DNA of 64,000 nucleotides from NCBI RefSeq assembly GCF_009914755.1, contig NC_060942.1; one strand, 5' to 3'. Positions 10,801-25,800 of this stretch are shown piece after piece (the first letter of the stretch is position 1; every line of letters begins with the position of its first letter). A program made the translations under genes and the position numbers. The DNA is from the human T2T-CHM13v2.0 reference genome, Homo sapiens. A model generated the notes under the pieces. That model made no database searches, was not told the origin of the DNA, and was given only the letters and a program-made list of their open reading frames with translations.

Positions 10801-13800
10801 GGAAAAGGAAATATCTTCCCATAACAACTAGACAGAAGCATTCTCAGAAACTTATTTGAGATGTGTGTACTCAACTAAGAGAATTGAACCACCGTTTTGA
10901 AGGAGCAGTTTTGAAACTCTCTTTTTCTGGAATCTGCAAGTGGATATTTGGCTAGCTTTGGGGATTTCGCTGGAAGCGGGAATACATATAAAAAGCACAC
11001 AGCAGCGTTCTGAGAAACTGCTTTCTGATGTTTGCATTCAAGTCAAAAGTTGAACACTCCCTTTCATAGAGCAGTCTTGAAACACCCCTTTTGTAGTATC
11101 TGGAACTGGACTTTTGGAGCGATTTCAGGGCTAAGGTGAAAAAGGAAATATCTTCCCATAAAAACTGGACAGAAGCATTCTCAGAAACTTGTTTATGCTG
11201 TATCTACTCAACTAACAAAGTTGAACCTTTCTTTTGATAGAGCAGTTTTGAAATGGTCTTTTTGTGGAATCTGCAAGTGGATATTTGGCTAGTTTTGAGG
11301 ATTTCGTTGGAAGCGGGAATTCATACAAATTGCAGACTGCAGCGTTCTGAGAAACATCTTTGTGATGTTTGTATTCAGGACACAGAGTTGAACATTCCCT
11401 ATCATAGAGCAGGTTGGAATCACTCCTTTTGTAGTATCTGGAAGTGGACATTTGGAGCGCTTTCAGGCCTATTTTGGAAAGGGAAATATCTTCCCGTAAC
11501 AACTATGCAGAAGCATTCTCAGAAACTTGTTTGTGATGTGTGCCCTCTACTGACAGAGTTGAACCTTTCTTTTCATAGAGCAGTTTTGAAACACTCTTTT
11601 TGTAGAATCTGCAAGAGGATATTTGCATAGCTTTGAGGATTTCGTGGGAAACGGGATTGTCTTCAGGTAAAATCTAGACAGAAGCATTCTCAGAAACTTC
11701 TTTGGGATGTTTGCATTCAAGTCACAGAGTAGAACATTCCCTTTGGTAGAGCAGGTTTGAAACACTCTTTTTGTAGTATCTGGAAGTGGACATTTGGAGC
11801 GCTTTCAGGCCCATGTTGGAAAGGGAAATATCTTCCCGTAACAACTAGGCAGAAGCATTCTCAGAAACTTATTTGAGATGTGTGTACTCAACTAAGAGAA
11901 TTGAACCACCGTTTTGAAGGAGCAGTTTTGAAACACTCTTTTTCTGGAATCTGCAAGAGTATATTTGCCTAGCCTTGAGGATTTCGTTGGAAACGGGATT
12001 GTCTTCAGAGAAAATCTAGACAGAAGCATTCTCAGAAACTTCTTTGGGATGTTTGCATTCAAGTCACAGAGTAGAACATTCCCTTTGGTAGAGCAGGTTT
12101 GAAACACTCTTTTTTTAGTATCTGGAAGTGGACATTTGGAGCGCTTTCAGGCCTACGTTGGAAAAGGAAATATCTTCCCATAACAACTAGACAGAAGCAT
12201 TCTCAGAAACTAGTTTCTGATGTGTGTCCTCAACTAACACAGTTGAACATTTCTTTAGACAGAACAGTTTTGAAACACTCTTTTTGTGGAATCTGCAAGT
12301 GGCTATTTGGCTAGATTTGAGGATTTCGTTGGAAACGGGATTACATATAAAAAGCAGTCAGCAGCATTCTCAGAAAGTTCTTTGTGATGATTGCATTCAA
12401 GTCACAGAATTGAACATTCCCTTTCACAGAGCAGGTTTGAAACACTCTTTTTGTAGTGTGTGTAAGTGGACATTTGGAGCACTTACCGGCCTAAGGTGAA
12501 AAAGGAAATATCTTCCCATAAAAACTAGACAGAAGCATTCTCAGAAACTTACTCGTGATGTGTGTCCTCAACTAAAGGAGTAGAACCTTTCTTTTCATAG
12601 AGAAGTTTTGAAACGCTCTTTTTGTGGAATCTGCAAGTGGATATTTGGCTAGTTTTGAGGATTTCGTTGGAAGCGGGAATTCATACAAATTGCAGACTGC
12701 AGCGTTCTGAGAAACATCTTTGTGATGTTTGTATTCAGGACACAGAGTTGAACATTCCCTATCATAGAGCAGGTTTGAATCACTCCTTTTGTAGTATCTG
12801 GAAGTGGACATTTGGAGCGCTTTCAGGCCTATGTTGGAAAAGGAAATATCTTCCCATAACAACTAGACAGAAGCATTCTCAGAAACTTATTTGAGATGTG
12901 TGTACTCAACTAAGAGAATTGAACCACCGTTTTGAAGGAGCAGTTTTGAAACACTCTTTTTCTGGAATCTGCAAGTGGATATTTGGCTAGCTTTGGGGAT
13001 TTCGCTGGAAGCGGGAATACATATAAAAAGCACACAGCAGCGTTCTGAGAAACTGCTTTCTGATGTTTGCATTCAAGTCAAAAGTTGAACACTCCCTTTC
13101 ATAGAGCAGTCTTGAAACACCCCTTTTGTAGTATCTGGAACTGGACTTTTGGAGCGATTTCAGGGCTAAGGTGAAAAAGGAAATATCTTCCCATAAAAAC
13201 TGGACAGAAGCATTCTCAGAAACTTGGTTATGCTGTATCTACTCAACTAACAAAGTTGAACCTTTCTTTTGATAGAGCAGTTTTGAAATGGTCTTTTTGT
13301 GGAATCTGCAAGTGGATATTTGGCTAGTTTTGAGGATTTCGTTGGAAGCGGGAATTCATACAAATTGCAGACTGCAGCGTTCTGAGAAACATCTTTGTGA
13401 TGTTTGTATTCAGGACACAGAGTTGAACATTCCCTATCATAGAGCAGGTTGGAATCACTCCTTTTGTAGTATCTGGAAGTGGACATTTGGAGCGCTTTCA
13501 GGCCTATTTTGGAAAGGGAAATATCTTCCCGTAACAACTATGCAGAAGCATTCTCAGAAACTTGTTTGTGATGTGTGCCCTCTACTGACAGAGTTGAACC
13601 TTTCTTTTCATAGAGCAGTTTTGAAACACTCTTTTTGTAGAATCTGCAAGAGGATATTTGCATAGCTTTGAGGATTTCGTGGGAAACGGGATTGTCTTCA
13701 GGTAAAATCTAGACAGAAGCATTCTCAGAAACTTCTTTGGGATGTTTGCATTCAAGTCACAGAGTAGAACATTCCCTTTGGTAGAGCAGGTTTGAAACAC

Positions 13801-16800
13801 TCTTTTTGTAGTATCTGGAAGTGGACATTTGGAGCGCTTTCAGGCCCATGTTGGAAAGGGAAATATCTTCCCGTAACAACTAGGCAGAAGCATTCTCAGA
13901 AACTTATTTGAGATGTGTGTACTCAACTAAGAGAATTGAACCACCGTTTTGAAGGAGCAGTTTTGAAACACTCTTTTTCTGGAATCTGCAAGAGTATATT
14001 TGCCTAGCCTTGAGGATTTCGTTGGAAACGGGATTGTCTTCAGAGAAAATCTAGACAGAAGCATTCTCAGAAACTTCTTTGGGATGTTTGCATTCAAGTC
14101 ACAGAGTAGAACATTCCCTTTGGTAGAGCAGGTTTGAAACACTCTTTTTTTAGTATCTGGAAGTGGACATTTGGAGCGCTTTCAGGCCTACGTTGGAAAA
14201 GGAAATATCTTCCCATAACAACTAGACAGAAGCATTCTCAGAAACTAGTTTCTGATGTGTGTCCTCAACTAACACAGTTGAACATTTCTTTAGACAGAAC
14301 AGTTTTGAAACACTCTTTTTGTGGAATCTGCAAGTGGCTATTTGGCTAGATTTGAGGATTTCGTTGGAAACGGGATTACATATAAAAAGCAGTCAGCAGC
14401 ATTCTCAGAAAGTTCTTTGTGATGATTGCATTCAAGTCACAGAATTGAACATTCCCTTTCACAGAGCAGGTTTGAAACACTCTTTTTGTAGTGTGTGTAA
14501 GTGGACATTTGGAGCACTTACCGGCCTAAGGTGAAAAAGGAAATATCTTCCCATAAAAACTAGACAGAAGCATTCTCAGAAACTTACTCGTGATGTGTGT
14601 CCTCAACTAAAGGAGTAGAACCTTTCTTTTCATAGAGAAGTTTTGAAACGCTCTTTTTGTGGAATCTGCAAGTGGATATTTGGCTAGTTTTGAGGATTTC
14701 GTTGGAAGCGGGAATTCATACAAATTGCAGACTGCAGCGTTCTGAGAAACATCTTTGTGATGTTTGTATTCAGGACACAGAGTTGAACATTCCCTATCAT
14801 AGAGCAGGTTTGAATCACTCCTTTTGTAGTATCTGGAAGTGGACATTTGGAGCGCTTTCAGGCCTATGTTGGAAAAGGAAATATCTTCCCATAACAACTA
14901 GACAGAAGCATTCTCAGAAACTTATTTGAGATGTGTGTACTCAACTAAGAGAATTGAACCACCGTTTTGAAGGAGCAGTTTTGAAACACTCTTTTTCTGG
15001 AATCTGCAAGTGGATATTTGGCTAGCTTTGGGGATTTCGCTGGAAGCGGGAATACATATAAAAAGCACACAGCAGCGTTCTGAGAAACTGCTTTCTGATG
15101 TTTGCATTCAAGTCAAAAGTTGAACACTCCCTTTCATAGAGCAGTCTTGAAACACCCCTTTTGTAGTATCTGGAACTGGACTTTTGGAGCGATTTCAGGG
15201 CTAAGGTGAAAAAGGAAATATCTTCCCATAAAAACTGGACAGAAGCATTCTCAGAAACTTGTTTATGCTGTATCTACTCAACTAACAAAGTTGAACCTTT
15301 CTTTTGATAGAGCAGTTTTGAAATGGTCTTTTTGTGGAATCTGCAAGTGGATATTTGGCTAGTTTTGAGGATTTCGTTGGAAGCGGGAATTCATACAAAT
15401 TGCAGACTGCAGCGTTCTGAGAAACATCTTTGTGATGTTTGTATTCAGGACACAGAGTTGAACATTCCCTATCATAGAGCAGGTTGGAATCACTCCTTTT
15501 GTAGTATCTGGAAGTGGACATTTGGAGCGCTTTCAGGCCTATTTTGGAAAGGGAAATATCTTCCCGTAACAACTATGCAGAAGCATTTTCAGAAACTTGT
15601 TTGTGATGTGTGCCCTCTACTGACAGAGTTGAACCTTTCTTTTCATAGAGCAGTTTTGAAACACTCTTTTTGTAGAATCTGCAAGAGGATATTTGCATAG
15701 CTTTGAGGATTTCGTGGGAAACGGGATTGTCTTCAGGTAAAATCTAGACAGAAGCATTCTCAGAAACTTCTTTGGGATGTTTGCATTCAAGTCACAGAGT
15801 AGAACATTCCCTTTGGTAGAGCAGGTTTGAAACACTCTTTTTGTAGTATCTGGAAGTGGACATTTGGAGCGCTTTCAGGCCCATGTTGGAAAGGGAAATA
15901 TCTTCCCGTAACAACTAGGCAGAAGCATTCTCAGAAACTTATTTGAGATGTGTGTACTCAACTAAGAGAATTGAACCACCGTTTTGAAGGAGCAGTTTTG
16001 AAACACTCTTTTTCTGGAATCTGCAAGAGTATATTTGCCTAGCCTTGAGGATTTCGTTGGAAACGGGATTGTCTTCAGAGAAAATCTAGACAGAAGCATT
16101 CTCAGAAACTTCTTTGGGATGTTTGCATTCAAGTCACAGAGTAGAACATTCCCTTTGGTAGAGCAGGTTTGAAACACTCTTTTTTTAGTATCTGGAAGTG
16201 GACATTTGGAGCGCTTTCAGACCTACGTTGGAAAAGGAAATATCTTCCCATAACAACTAGACAGAAGCATTCTCAGAAACTAGTTTCTGATGTGTGTCCT
16301 CAACTAACACAGTTGAACATTTCTTTAGACAGAACAGTTTTGAAACACTCTTTTTGTGGAATCTGCAAGTGGCTATTTGGCTAGATTTGAGGATTTCGTT
16401 GGAAACGGGATTACATATAAAAAGCAGTCAGCAGCATTCTCAGAAAGTTCTTTGTGATGATTGCATTCAAGTCACAGAATTGAACATTCCCTTTCACAGA
16501 GCAGGTTTGAAACACTCTTTTTGTAGTGTGTGTAAGTGGACATTTGGAGCACTTACCGGCCTAAGGTGAAAAAGGAAATATCTTCCCATAAAAACTAGAC
16601 AGAAGCATTCTCAGAAACTTACTCGTGATGTGTGTCCTCAACTAAAGGAGTAGAACCTTTCTTTTCATAGAGAAGTTTTGAAACGCTCTTTTTGTGGAAT
16701 CTGCAAGTGGATATTTGGCTAGTTTTGAGGATTTCGTTGGAAGCGGGAATTCATACAAATTGCAGACTGCAGCGTTCTGAGAAACATCTTTGTGATGTTT

Positions 16801-19800
16801 GTATTCAGGACACAGAGTTGAACATTCCCTATCATAGAGCAGGTTTGAATCACTCCTTTTGTAGTATCTGGAAGTGGACATTTGGAGCGCTTTCAGGCCT
16901 ATGTTGGAAAAGGAAATATCTTCCCATAACAACTAGACAGAAGCATTCTCAGAAACTTATTTGAGATGTGTGTACTCAACTAAGAGAATTGAACCACCGT
17001 TTTGAAGGAGCAGTTTTGAAACACTCTTTTTCTGGAATCTGCAAGTGGATATTTGGCTAGCTTTGGGGATTTCGCTGGAAGCGGGAATACATATAAAAAG
17101 CACACAGCAGCGTTCTGAGAAACTGCTTTCTGATGTTTGCATTCAAGTCAAAAGTTGAACACTCCCTTTCATAGAGCAGTCTTGAAACACCCCTTTTGTA
17201 GTATCTGGAACTGGACTTTTGGAGCGATTTCAGGGCTAAGGTGAAAAAGGAAATATCTTCCCATAAAAACTGGACAGAAGCATTCTCAGAAACTTGGTTA
17301 TGCTGTATCTACTCAACTAACAAAGTTGAACCTTTCTTTTGATAGAGCAGTTTTGAAATGGTCTTTTTGTGGAATCTGCAAGTGGATATTTGGCTAGTTT
17401 TGAGGATTTCGTTGGAAGCGGGAATTCATACAAATTGCAGACTGCAGCGTTCTGAGAAACATCTTTGTGATGTTTGTATTCAGGACACAGAGTTGAACAT
17501 TCCCTATCATAGAGCAGGTTGGAATCACTCCTTTTGTAGTATCTGGAAGTGGACATTTGGAGCGCTTTCAGGCCTATTTTGGAAAGGGAAATATCTTCCC
17601 GTAACAACTATGCAGAAGCATTCTCAGAAACTTGTTTGTGATGTGTGCCCTCTACTGACAGAGTTGAACCTTTCTTTTCATAGAGCAGTTTTGAAACACT
17701 CTTTTTGTAGAATCTGCAAGAGGATATTTGCATAGCTTTGAGGATTTCGTGGGAAACGGGATTGTCTTCAGGTAAAATCTAGACAGAAGCATTCTCAGAA
17801 ACTTCTTTGGGATGTTTGCATTCAAGTCACAGAGTAGAACATTCCCTTTGGTAGAGCAGGTTTGAAACACTCTTTTTGTAGTATCTGGAAGTGGACATTT
17901 GGAGCGCTTTCAGGCCCATGTTGGAAAGGGAAATATCTTCCCGTAACAACTAGGCAGAAGCATTCTCAGAAACTTATTTGAGATGTGTGTACTCAACTAA
18001 GAGAATTGAACCACCGTTTTGAAGGAGCAGTTTTGAAACACTCTTTTTCTGGAATCTGCAAGAGTATATTTGCCTAGCCTTGAGGATTTCGTTGGAAACG
18101 GGATTGTCTTCAGAGAAAATCTAGACAGAAGCATTCTCAGAAACTTCTTTGGGATGTTTGCATTCAAGTCACAGAGTAGAACATTCCCTTTGGTAGAGCA
18201 GGTTTGAAACACTCTTTTTTTAGTATCTGGAAGTGGACATTTGGAGCGCTTTCAGGCCTACGTTGGAAAAGGAAATATCTTCCCATAACAACTAGACAGA
18301 AGCATTCTCAGAAACTAGTTTCTGATGTGTGTCCTCAACTAACACAGTTGAACATTTCTTTAGACAGAACAGTTTTGAAACACTCTTTTTGTGGAATCTG
18401 CAAGTGGCTATTTGGCTAGATTTGAGGATTTCGTTGGAAACGGGATTACATATAAAAAGCAGTCAGCAGCATTCTCAGAAAGTTCTTTGTGATGATTGCA
18501 TTCAAGTCACAGAATTGAACATTCCCTTTCACAGAGCAGGTTTGAAACACTCTTTTTGTAGTGTGTGTAAGTGGACATTTGGAGCACTTACCGGCCTAAG
18601 GTGAAAAAGGAAATATCTTCCCATAAAAACTAGACAGAAGCATTCTCAGAAACTTACTCGTGATGTGTGTCCTCAACTAAAGGAGTAGAACCTTTCTTTT
18701 CATAGAGAAGTTTTGAAACGCTCTTTTTGTGGAATCTGCAAGTGGATATTTGGCTAGTTTTGAGGATTTCGTTGGAAGCGGGAATTCATACAAATTGCAG
18801 ACTGCAGCGTTCTGAGAAACATCTTTGTGATGTTTGTATTCAGGACACAGAGTTGAACATTCCCTATCATAGAGCAGGTTTGAATCACTCCTTTTGTAGT
18901 ATCTGGAAGTGGACATTTGGAGCGCTTTCAGGCCTATGTTGGAAAAGGAAATATCTTCCCATAACAACTAGACAGAAGCATTCTCAGAAACTTATTTGAG
19001 ATGTGTGTACTCAACTAAGAGAATTGAACCACCGTTTTGAAGGAGCAGTTTTGAAACACTCTTTTTCTGGAATCTGCAAGTGGATATTTGGCTAGCTTTG
19101 GGGATTTCGCTGGAAGCGGGAATACATATAAAAAGCACACAGCAGCGTTCTGAGAAACTGCTTTCTGATGTTTGCATTCAAGTCAAAAGTTGAACACTCC
19201 CTTTCATAGAGCAGTCTTGAAACACCCCTTTTGTAGTATCTGGAACTGGACTTTTGGAGCGATTTCAGGGCTAAGGTGAAAAAGGAAATATCTTCCCATA
19301 AAAACTGGACAGAAGCATTCTCAGAAACTTGTTTATGCTGTATCTACTCAACTAACAAAGTTGAACCTTTCTTTTGATAGAGCAGTTTTGAAATGGTCTT
19401 TTTGTGGAATCTGCAAGTGGATATTTGGCTAGTTTTGAGGATTTCGTTGGAAGCGGGAATTCATACAAATTGCAGACTGCAGCGTTCTGAGAAACATCTT
19501 TGTGATGTTTGTATTCAGGACACAGAGTTGAACATTCCCTATCATAGAGCAGGTTGGAATCACTCCTTTTGTAGTATCTGGAAGTGGACATTTGGAGCGC
19601 TTTCAGGCCTATTTTGGAAAGGGAAATATCTTCCCGTAACAACTATGCAGAAGCATTCTCAGAAACTTGTTTGTGATGTGTGCCCTCTACTGACAGAGTT
19701 GAACCTTTCTTTTCATAGAGCAGTTTTGAAACACTCTTTTTGTAGAATCTGCAAGAGGATATTTGCATAGCTTTGAGGATTTCGTGGGAAACGGGATTGT

Positions 19801-22800
19801 CTTCAGGTAAAATCTAGACAGAAGCATTCTCAGAAACTTCTTTGGGATGTTTGCATTCAAGTCACAGAGTAGAACATTCCCTTTGGTAGAGCAGGTTTGA
19901 AACACTCTTTTTGTAGTATCTGGAAGTGGACATTTGGAGCGCTTTCAGGCCCATGTTGGAAAGGGAAATATCTTCCCGTAACAACTAGGCAGAAGCATTC
20001 TCAGAAACTTATTTGAGATGTGTGTACTCAACTAAGAGAATTGAACCACCGTTTTGAAGGAGCAGTTTTGAAACACTCTTTTTCTGGAATCTGCAAGAGT
20101 ATATTTGCCTAGCCTTGAGGATTTCGTTGGAAACGGGATTGTCTTCAGAGAAAATCTAGACAGAAGCATTCTCAGAAACTTCTTTGGGATGTTTGCATTC
20201 AAGTCACAGAGTAGAACATTCCCTTTGGTAGAGCAGGTTTGAAACACTCTTTTTGTAGTATCTGGAAATGGACATTTGGAGCGCTTTCAGGCCTACGTTG
20301 GAAAAGGAAATATCTTCCCATAACAACTAGACAGAAGCATTCTCAGAAACTAGTTTCTGATGTGTGTCCTCAACTAACACAGTTGAACATTTCTTTAGAC
20401 AGAACAGTTTTGAAACACTCTTTTTGTGGAATCTGCAAGTGGCTATTTGGCTAGATTTGAGGATTTCGTTGGAAACGGGATTACATATAAAAAGCAGTCA
20501 GCAGCATTCTCAGAAAGTTCTTTGTGATGATTGCATTCAAGTCACAGAATTGAACATTCCCTTTCACAGAGCAGGTTTGAAACACTCTTTTTGTAGTGTG
20601 TGTAAGTGGACATTTGGAGCACTTACCGGCCTAAGGTGAAAAAGGAAATATCTTCCCATAAAAACTAGACAGAAGCATTCTCAGAAACTTACTCGTGATG
20701 TGTGTCCTCAACTAAAGGAGTAGAACCTTTCTTTTCATAGAGAAGTTTTGAAACGCTCTTTTTGTGGAATCTGCAAGTGGATATTTGGCTAGTTTTGAGG
20801 ATTTCGTTGGAAGCGGGAATTCATACAAATTGCAGACTGCAGCGTTCTGAGAAACATCTTTGTGATGTTTGTATTCAGGACACAGAGTTGAACATTCCCT
20901 ATCATAGAGCAGGTTTGAATCACTCCTTTTGTAGTATCTGGAAGTGGACATTTGGAGCGCTTTCAGGCCTATGTTGGAAAAGGAAATATCTTCCCATAAC
21001 AACTAGACAGAAGCATTCTCAGAAACTTATTTGAGATGTGTGTACTCAACTAAGAGAATTGAACCACCGTTTTGAAGGAGCAGTTTTGAAACACTCTTTT
21101 TCTGGAATCTGCAAGTGGATATTTGGCTAGCTTTGGGGATTTCGCTGGAAGCGGGAATACATATAAAAAGCACACAGCAGCGTTCTGAGAAACTGCTTTC
21201 TGATGTTTGCATTCAAGTCAAAAGTTGAACACTCCCTTTCATAGAGCAGTCTTGAAACACCCCTTTTGTAGTATCTGGAACTGGACTTTTGGAGCGATTT
21301 CAGGGCTAAGGTGAAAAAGGAAATATCTTCCCATAAAAACTGGACAGAAGCATTCTCAGAAACTTGTTTATGCTGTATCTACTCAACTAACAAAGTTGAA
21401 CCTTTCTTTTGATAGAGCAGTTTTGAAATGGTCTTTTTGTGGAATCTGCAAGTGGATATTTGGCTAGTTTTGAGGATTTCGTTGGAAGCGGGAATTCATA
21501 CAAATTGCAGACTGCAGCGTTCTGAGAAACATCTTTGTGATGTTTGTATTCAGGACACAGAGTTGAACATTCCCTATCATAGAGCAGGTTGGAATCACTC
21601 CTTTTGTAGTATCTGGAAGTGGACATTTGGAGCGCTTTCAGGCCTATTTTGGAAAGGGAAATATCTTCCCGTAACAACTATGCAGAAGCATTCTCAGAAA
21701 CTTGTTTGTGATGTGTGCCCTCTACTGACAGAGTTGAACCTTTCTTTTCATAGAGCAGTTTTGAAACACTCTTTTTGTAGAATCTGCAAGAGGATATTTG
21801 CATAGCTTTGAGGATTTCGTGGGAAACGGGATTGTCTTCAGGTAAAATCTAGACAGAAGCATTCTCAGAAACTTCTTTGGGATGTTTGCATTCAAGTCAC
21901 AGAGTAGAACATTCCCTTTGGTAGAGCAGGTTTGAAACACTCTTTTTGTAGTATCTGGAAGTGGACATTTGGAGCGCTTTCAGGCCCATGTTGGAAAGGG
22001 AAATATCTTCCCGTAACAACTAGGCAGAAGCATTCTCAGAAACTTATTTGAGATGTGTGTACTCAACTAAGAGAATTGAACCACCGTTTTGAAGGAGCAG
22101 TTTTGAAACACTCTTTTTCTGGAATCTGCAAGAGTATATTTGCCTAGCCTTGAGGATTTCGTTGGAAACGGGATTGTCTTCAGAGAAAATCTAGACAGAA
22201 GCATTCTCAGAAACTTCTTTGGGATGTTTGCATTCAAGTCACAGAGTAGAACATTCCCTTTGGTAGAGCAGGTTTGAAACACTCTTTTTTTAGTATATGG
22301 AAGTGGACATTTGGATCGCTTTCAGGCCTACGTTGGAAAAGGAAATATCTTCCCATAACAACTAGACAGAAGCATTCTCAGAAACTAGTTTCTGATGTGT
22401 GTCCTCAACTAACACAGTTGAACATTTCTTTAGACAGAACAGTTTTGAAACACTCTTTTTGTGGAATCTGCAAGTGGCTATTTGGCTAGATTTGAGGATT
22501 TCGTTGGAAACGGGATTACATATAAAAAGCAGTCAGCAGCATTCTCAGAAAGTTCTTTGTGATGATTGCATTCAAGTCACAGAATTGAACATTCCCTTTC
22601 ACAGAGCAGGTTTGAAACACTCTTTTTGTAGTGTGTGTAAGTGGACATTTGGAGCACTTACCGGCCTAAGGTGAAAAAGGAAATATCTTCCCATAAAAAC
22701 TAGACAGAAGCATTCTCAGAAACTTACTCGTGATGTGTGTCCTCAACTAAAGGAGTAGAACCTTTCTTTTCATAGAGAAGTTTTGAAACGCTCTTTTTGT

Positions 22801-25800
22801 GGAATCTGCAAGTGGATATTTGGCTAGTTTTGAGGATTTCGTTGGAAGCGGGAATTCATACAAATTGCAGACTGCAGCGTTCTGAGAAACATCTTTGTGA
22901 TGTTTGTATTCAGGACACAGAGTTGAACATTCCCTATCATAGAGCAGGTTTGAATCACTCCTTTTGTAGTATCTGGAAGTGGACATTTGGAGCGCTTTCA
23001 GGCCTATGTTGGAAAAGGAAATATCTTCCCATAACAACTAGACAGAAGCATTCTCAGAAACTTATTTGAGATGTGTGTACTCAACTAAGAGAATTGAACC
23101 ACCGTTTTGAAGGAGCAGTTTTGAAACACTCTTTTTCTGGAATCTGCAAGTGGATATTTGGCTAGCTTTGGGGATTTCGCTGGAAGCGGGAATACATATA
23201 AAAAGCACACAGCAGCGTTCTGAGAAACTGCTTTCTGATGTTTGCATTCAAGTCAAAAGTTGAACACTCCCTTTCATAGAGCAGTCTTGAAACACCCCTT
23301 TTGTAGTATCTGGAACTGGACTTTTGGAGCGATTTCAGGGCTAAGGTGAAAAAGGAAATATCTTCCCATAAAAACTGGACAGAAGCATTCTCAGAAACTT
23401 GTTTATGCTGTATCTACTCAACTAACAAAGTTGAACCTTTCTTTTGATAGAGCAGTTTTGAAATGGTCTTTTTGTGGAATCTGCAAGTGGATATTTGGCT
23501 AGTTTTGAGGATTTCGTTGGAAGCGGGAATTCATACAAATTGCAGACTGCAGCGTTCTGAGAAACATCTTTGTGATGTTTGTATTCAGGACACAGAGTTG
23601 AACATTCCCTATCATAGAGCAGGTTGGAATCACTCCTTTTGTAGTATCTGGAAGTGGACATTTGGAGCGCTTTCAGGCCTATTTTGGAAAGGGAAATATC
23701 TTCCCGTAACAACTATGCAGAAGCATTCTCAGAAACTTGTTTGTGATGTGTGCCCTCTACTGACAGAGTTGAACCTTTCTTTTCATAGAGCAGTTTTGAA
23801 ACACTCTTTTTGTAGAATCTGCAAGAGGATATTTGCATAGCTTTGAGGATTTCGTGGGAAACGGGATTGTCTTCAGGTAAAATCTAGACAGAAGCATTCT
23901 CAGAAACTTCTTTGGGATGTTTGCATTCAAGTCACAGAGTAGAACATTCCCTTTGGTAGAGCAGGTTTGAAACACTCTTTTTGTAGTATCTGGAAGTGGA
24001 CATTTGGAGCGCTTTCAGGCCCATGTTGGAAAGGGAAATATCTTCCCGTAACAACTAGGCAGAAGCATTCTCAGAAACTTATTTGAGATGTGTGTACTCA
24101 ACTAAGAGAATTGAACCACCGTTTTGAAGGAGCAGTTTTGAAACACTCTTTTTCTGGAATCTGCAAGAGTATATTTGCCTAGCCTTGAGGATTTCGTTGG
24201 AAACGGGATTGTCTTCAGAGAAAATCTAGACAGAAGCATTCTCAGAAACTTCTTTGGGATGTTTGCATTCAAGTCACAGAGTAGAACATTCCCTTTGGTA
24301 GAGCAGGTTTGAAACACTCTTTTTGTAGTATCTGGAAATGGACATTTGGAGCGCTTTCAGGCCTACGTTGGAAAAGGAAATATCTTCCCATAACAACTAG
24401 ACAGAAGCATTCTCAGAAACTAGTTTCTGATGTGTGTCCTCAACTAACACAGTTGAACATTTCTTTAGACAGAACAGTTTTGAAACACTCTTTTTGTGGA
24501 ATCTGCAAGTGGCTATTTGGCTAGATTTGAGGATTTCGTTGGAAACGGGATTACATATAAAAAGCAGTCAGCAGCATTCTCAGAAAGTTCTTTGTGATGA
24601 TTGCATTCAAGTCACAGAATTGAACATTCCCTTTCACAGAGCAGGTTTGAAACACTCTTTTTGTAGTGTGTGTAAGTGGACATTTGGAGCACTTACCGGC
24701 CTAAGGTGAAAAAGGAAATATCTTCCCATAAAAACTAGACAGAAGCATTCTCAGAAACTTACTCGTGATGTGTGTCCTCAACTAAAGGAGTAGAACCTTT
24801 CTTTTCATAGAGAAGTTTTGAAACGCTCTTTTTGTGGAATCTGCAAGTGGATATTTGGCTAGTTTTGAGGATTTCGTTGGAAGCGGGAATTCATACAAAT
24901 TGCAGACTGCAGCGTTCTGAGAAACATCTTTGTGATGTTTGTATTCAGGACACAGAGTTGAACATTCCCTATCATAGAGCAGGTTGGAATCACTCCTTTT
25001 GTAGTATCTGGAAGTGGACATTTGGAGCGCTTTCAGGCCTATGTTGGAAAAGGAAATATCTTCCCATAACAACTAGACAGAAGCATTCTCAGAAACTTAT
25101 TTGAGATGTGTGTACTCAACTAAGAGAATTGAACCACCGTTTTGAAGGAGCAGTTTTGAAACACTCTTTTTCTGGAATCTGCAAGTGGATATTTGGCTAG
25201 CTTTGGGGATTTCGCTGGAAGCGGGAATACATATAAAAAGCACACAGCAGCGTTCTGAGAAACTGCTTTCTGATGTTTGCATTCAAGTCAAAAGTTGAAC
25301 ACTCCCTTTCATAGAGCAGTCTTGAAACACCCCTTTTGTAGTATCTGGAACTGGACTTTTGGAGCGATTTCAGGGCTAAGGTGAAAAAGGAAATATCTTC
25401 CCATAAAAACTGGACAGAAGCATTCTCAGAAACTTGTTTATGCTGTATCTACTCAACTAACAAAGTTGAACCTTTCTTTTGATAGAGCAGTTTTGAAATG
25501 GTCTTTTTGTGGAATCTGCAAGTGGATATTTGGCTAGTTTTGAGGATTTCGTTGGAAGCGGGAATTCATACAAATTGCAGACTGCAGCGTTCTGAGAAAC
25601 ATCTTTGTGATGTTTGTATTCAGGACACAGAGTTGAACATTCCCTATCATAGAGCAGGTTGGAATCACTCCTTTTGTAGTATCTGGAAGTGGACATTTGG
25701 AGCGCTTTCAGGCCTATTTTGGAAAGGGAAATATCTTCCCGTAACAACTATGCAGAAGCATTCTCAGAAACTTGTTTGTGATGTGTGCCCTCTACTGACA

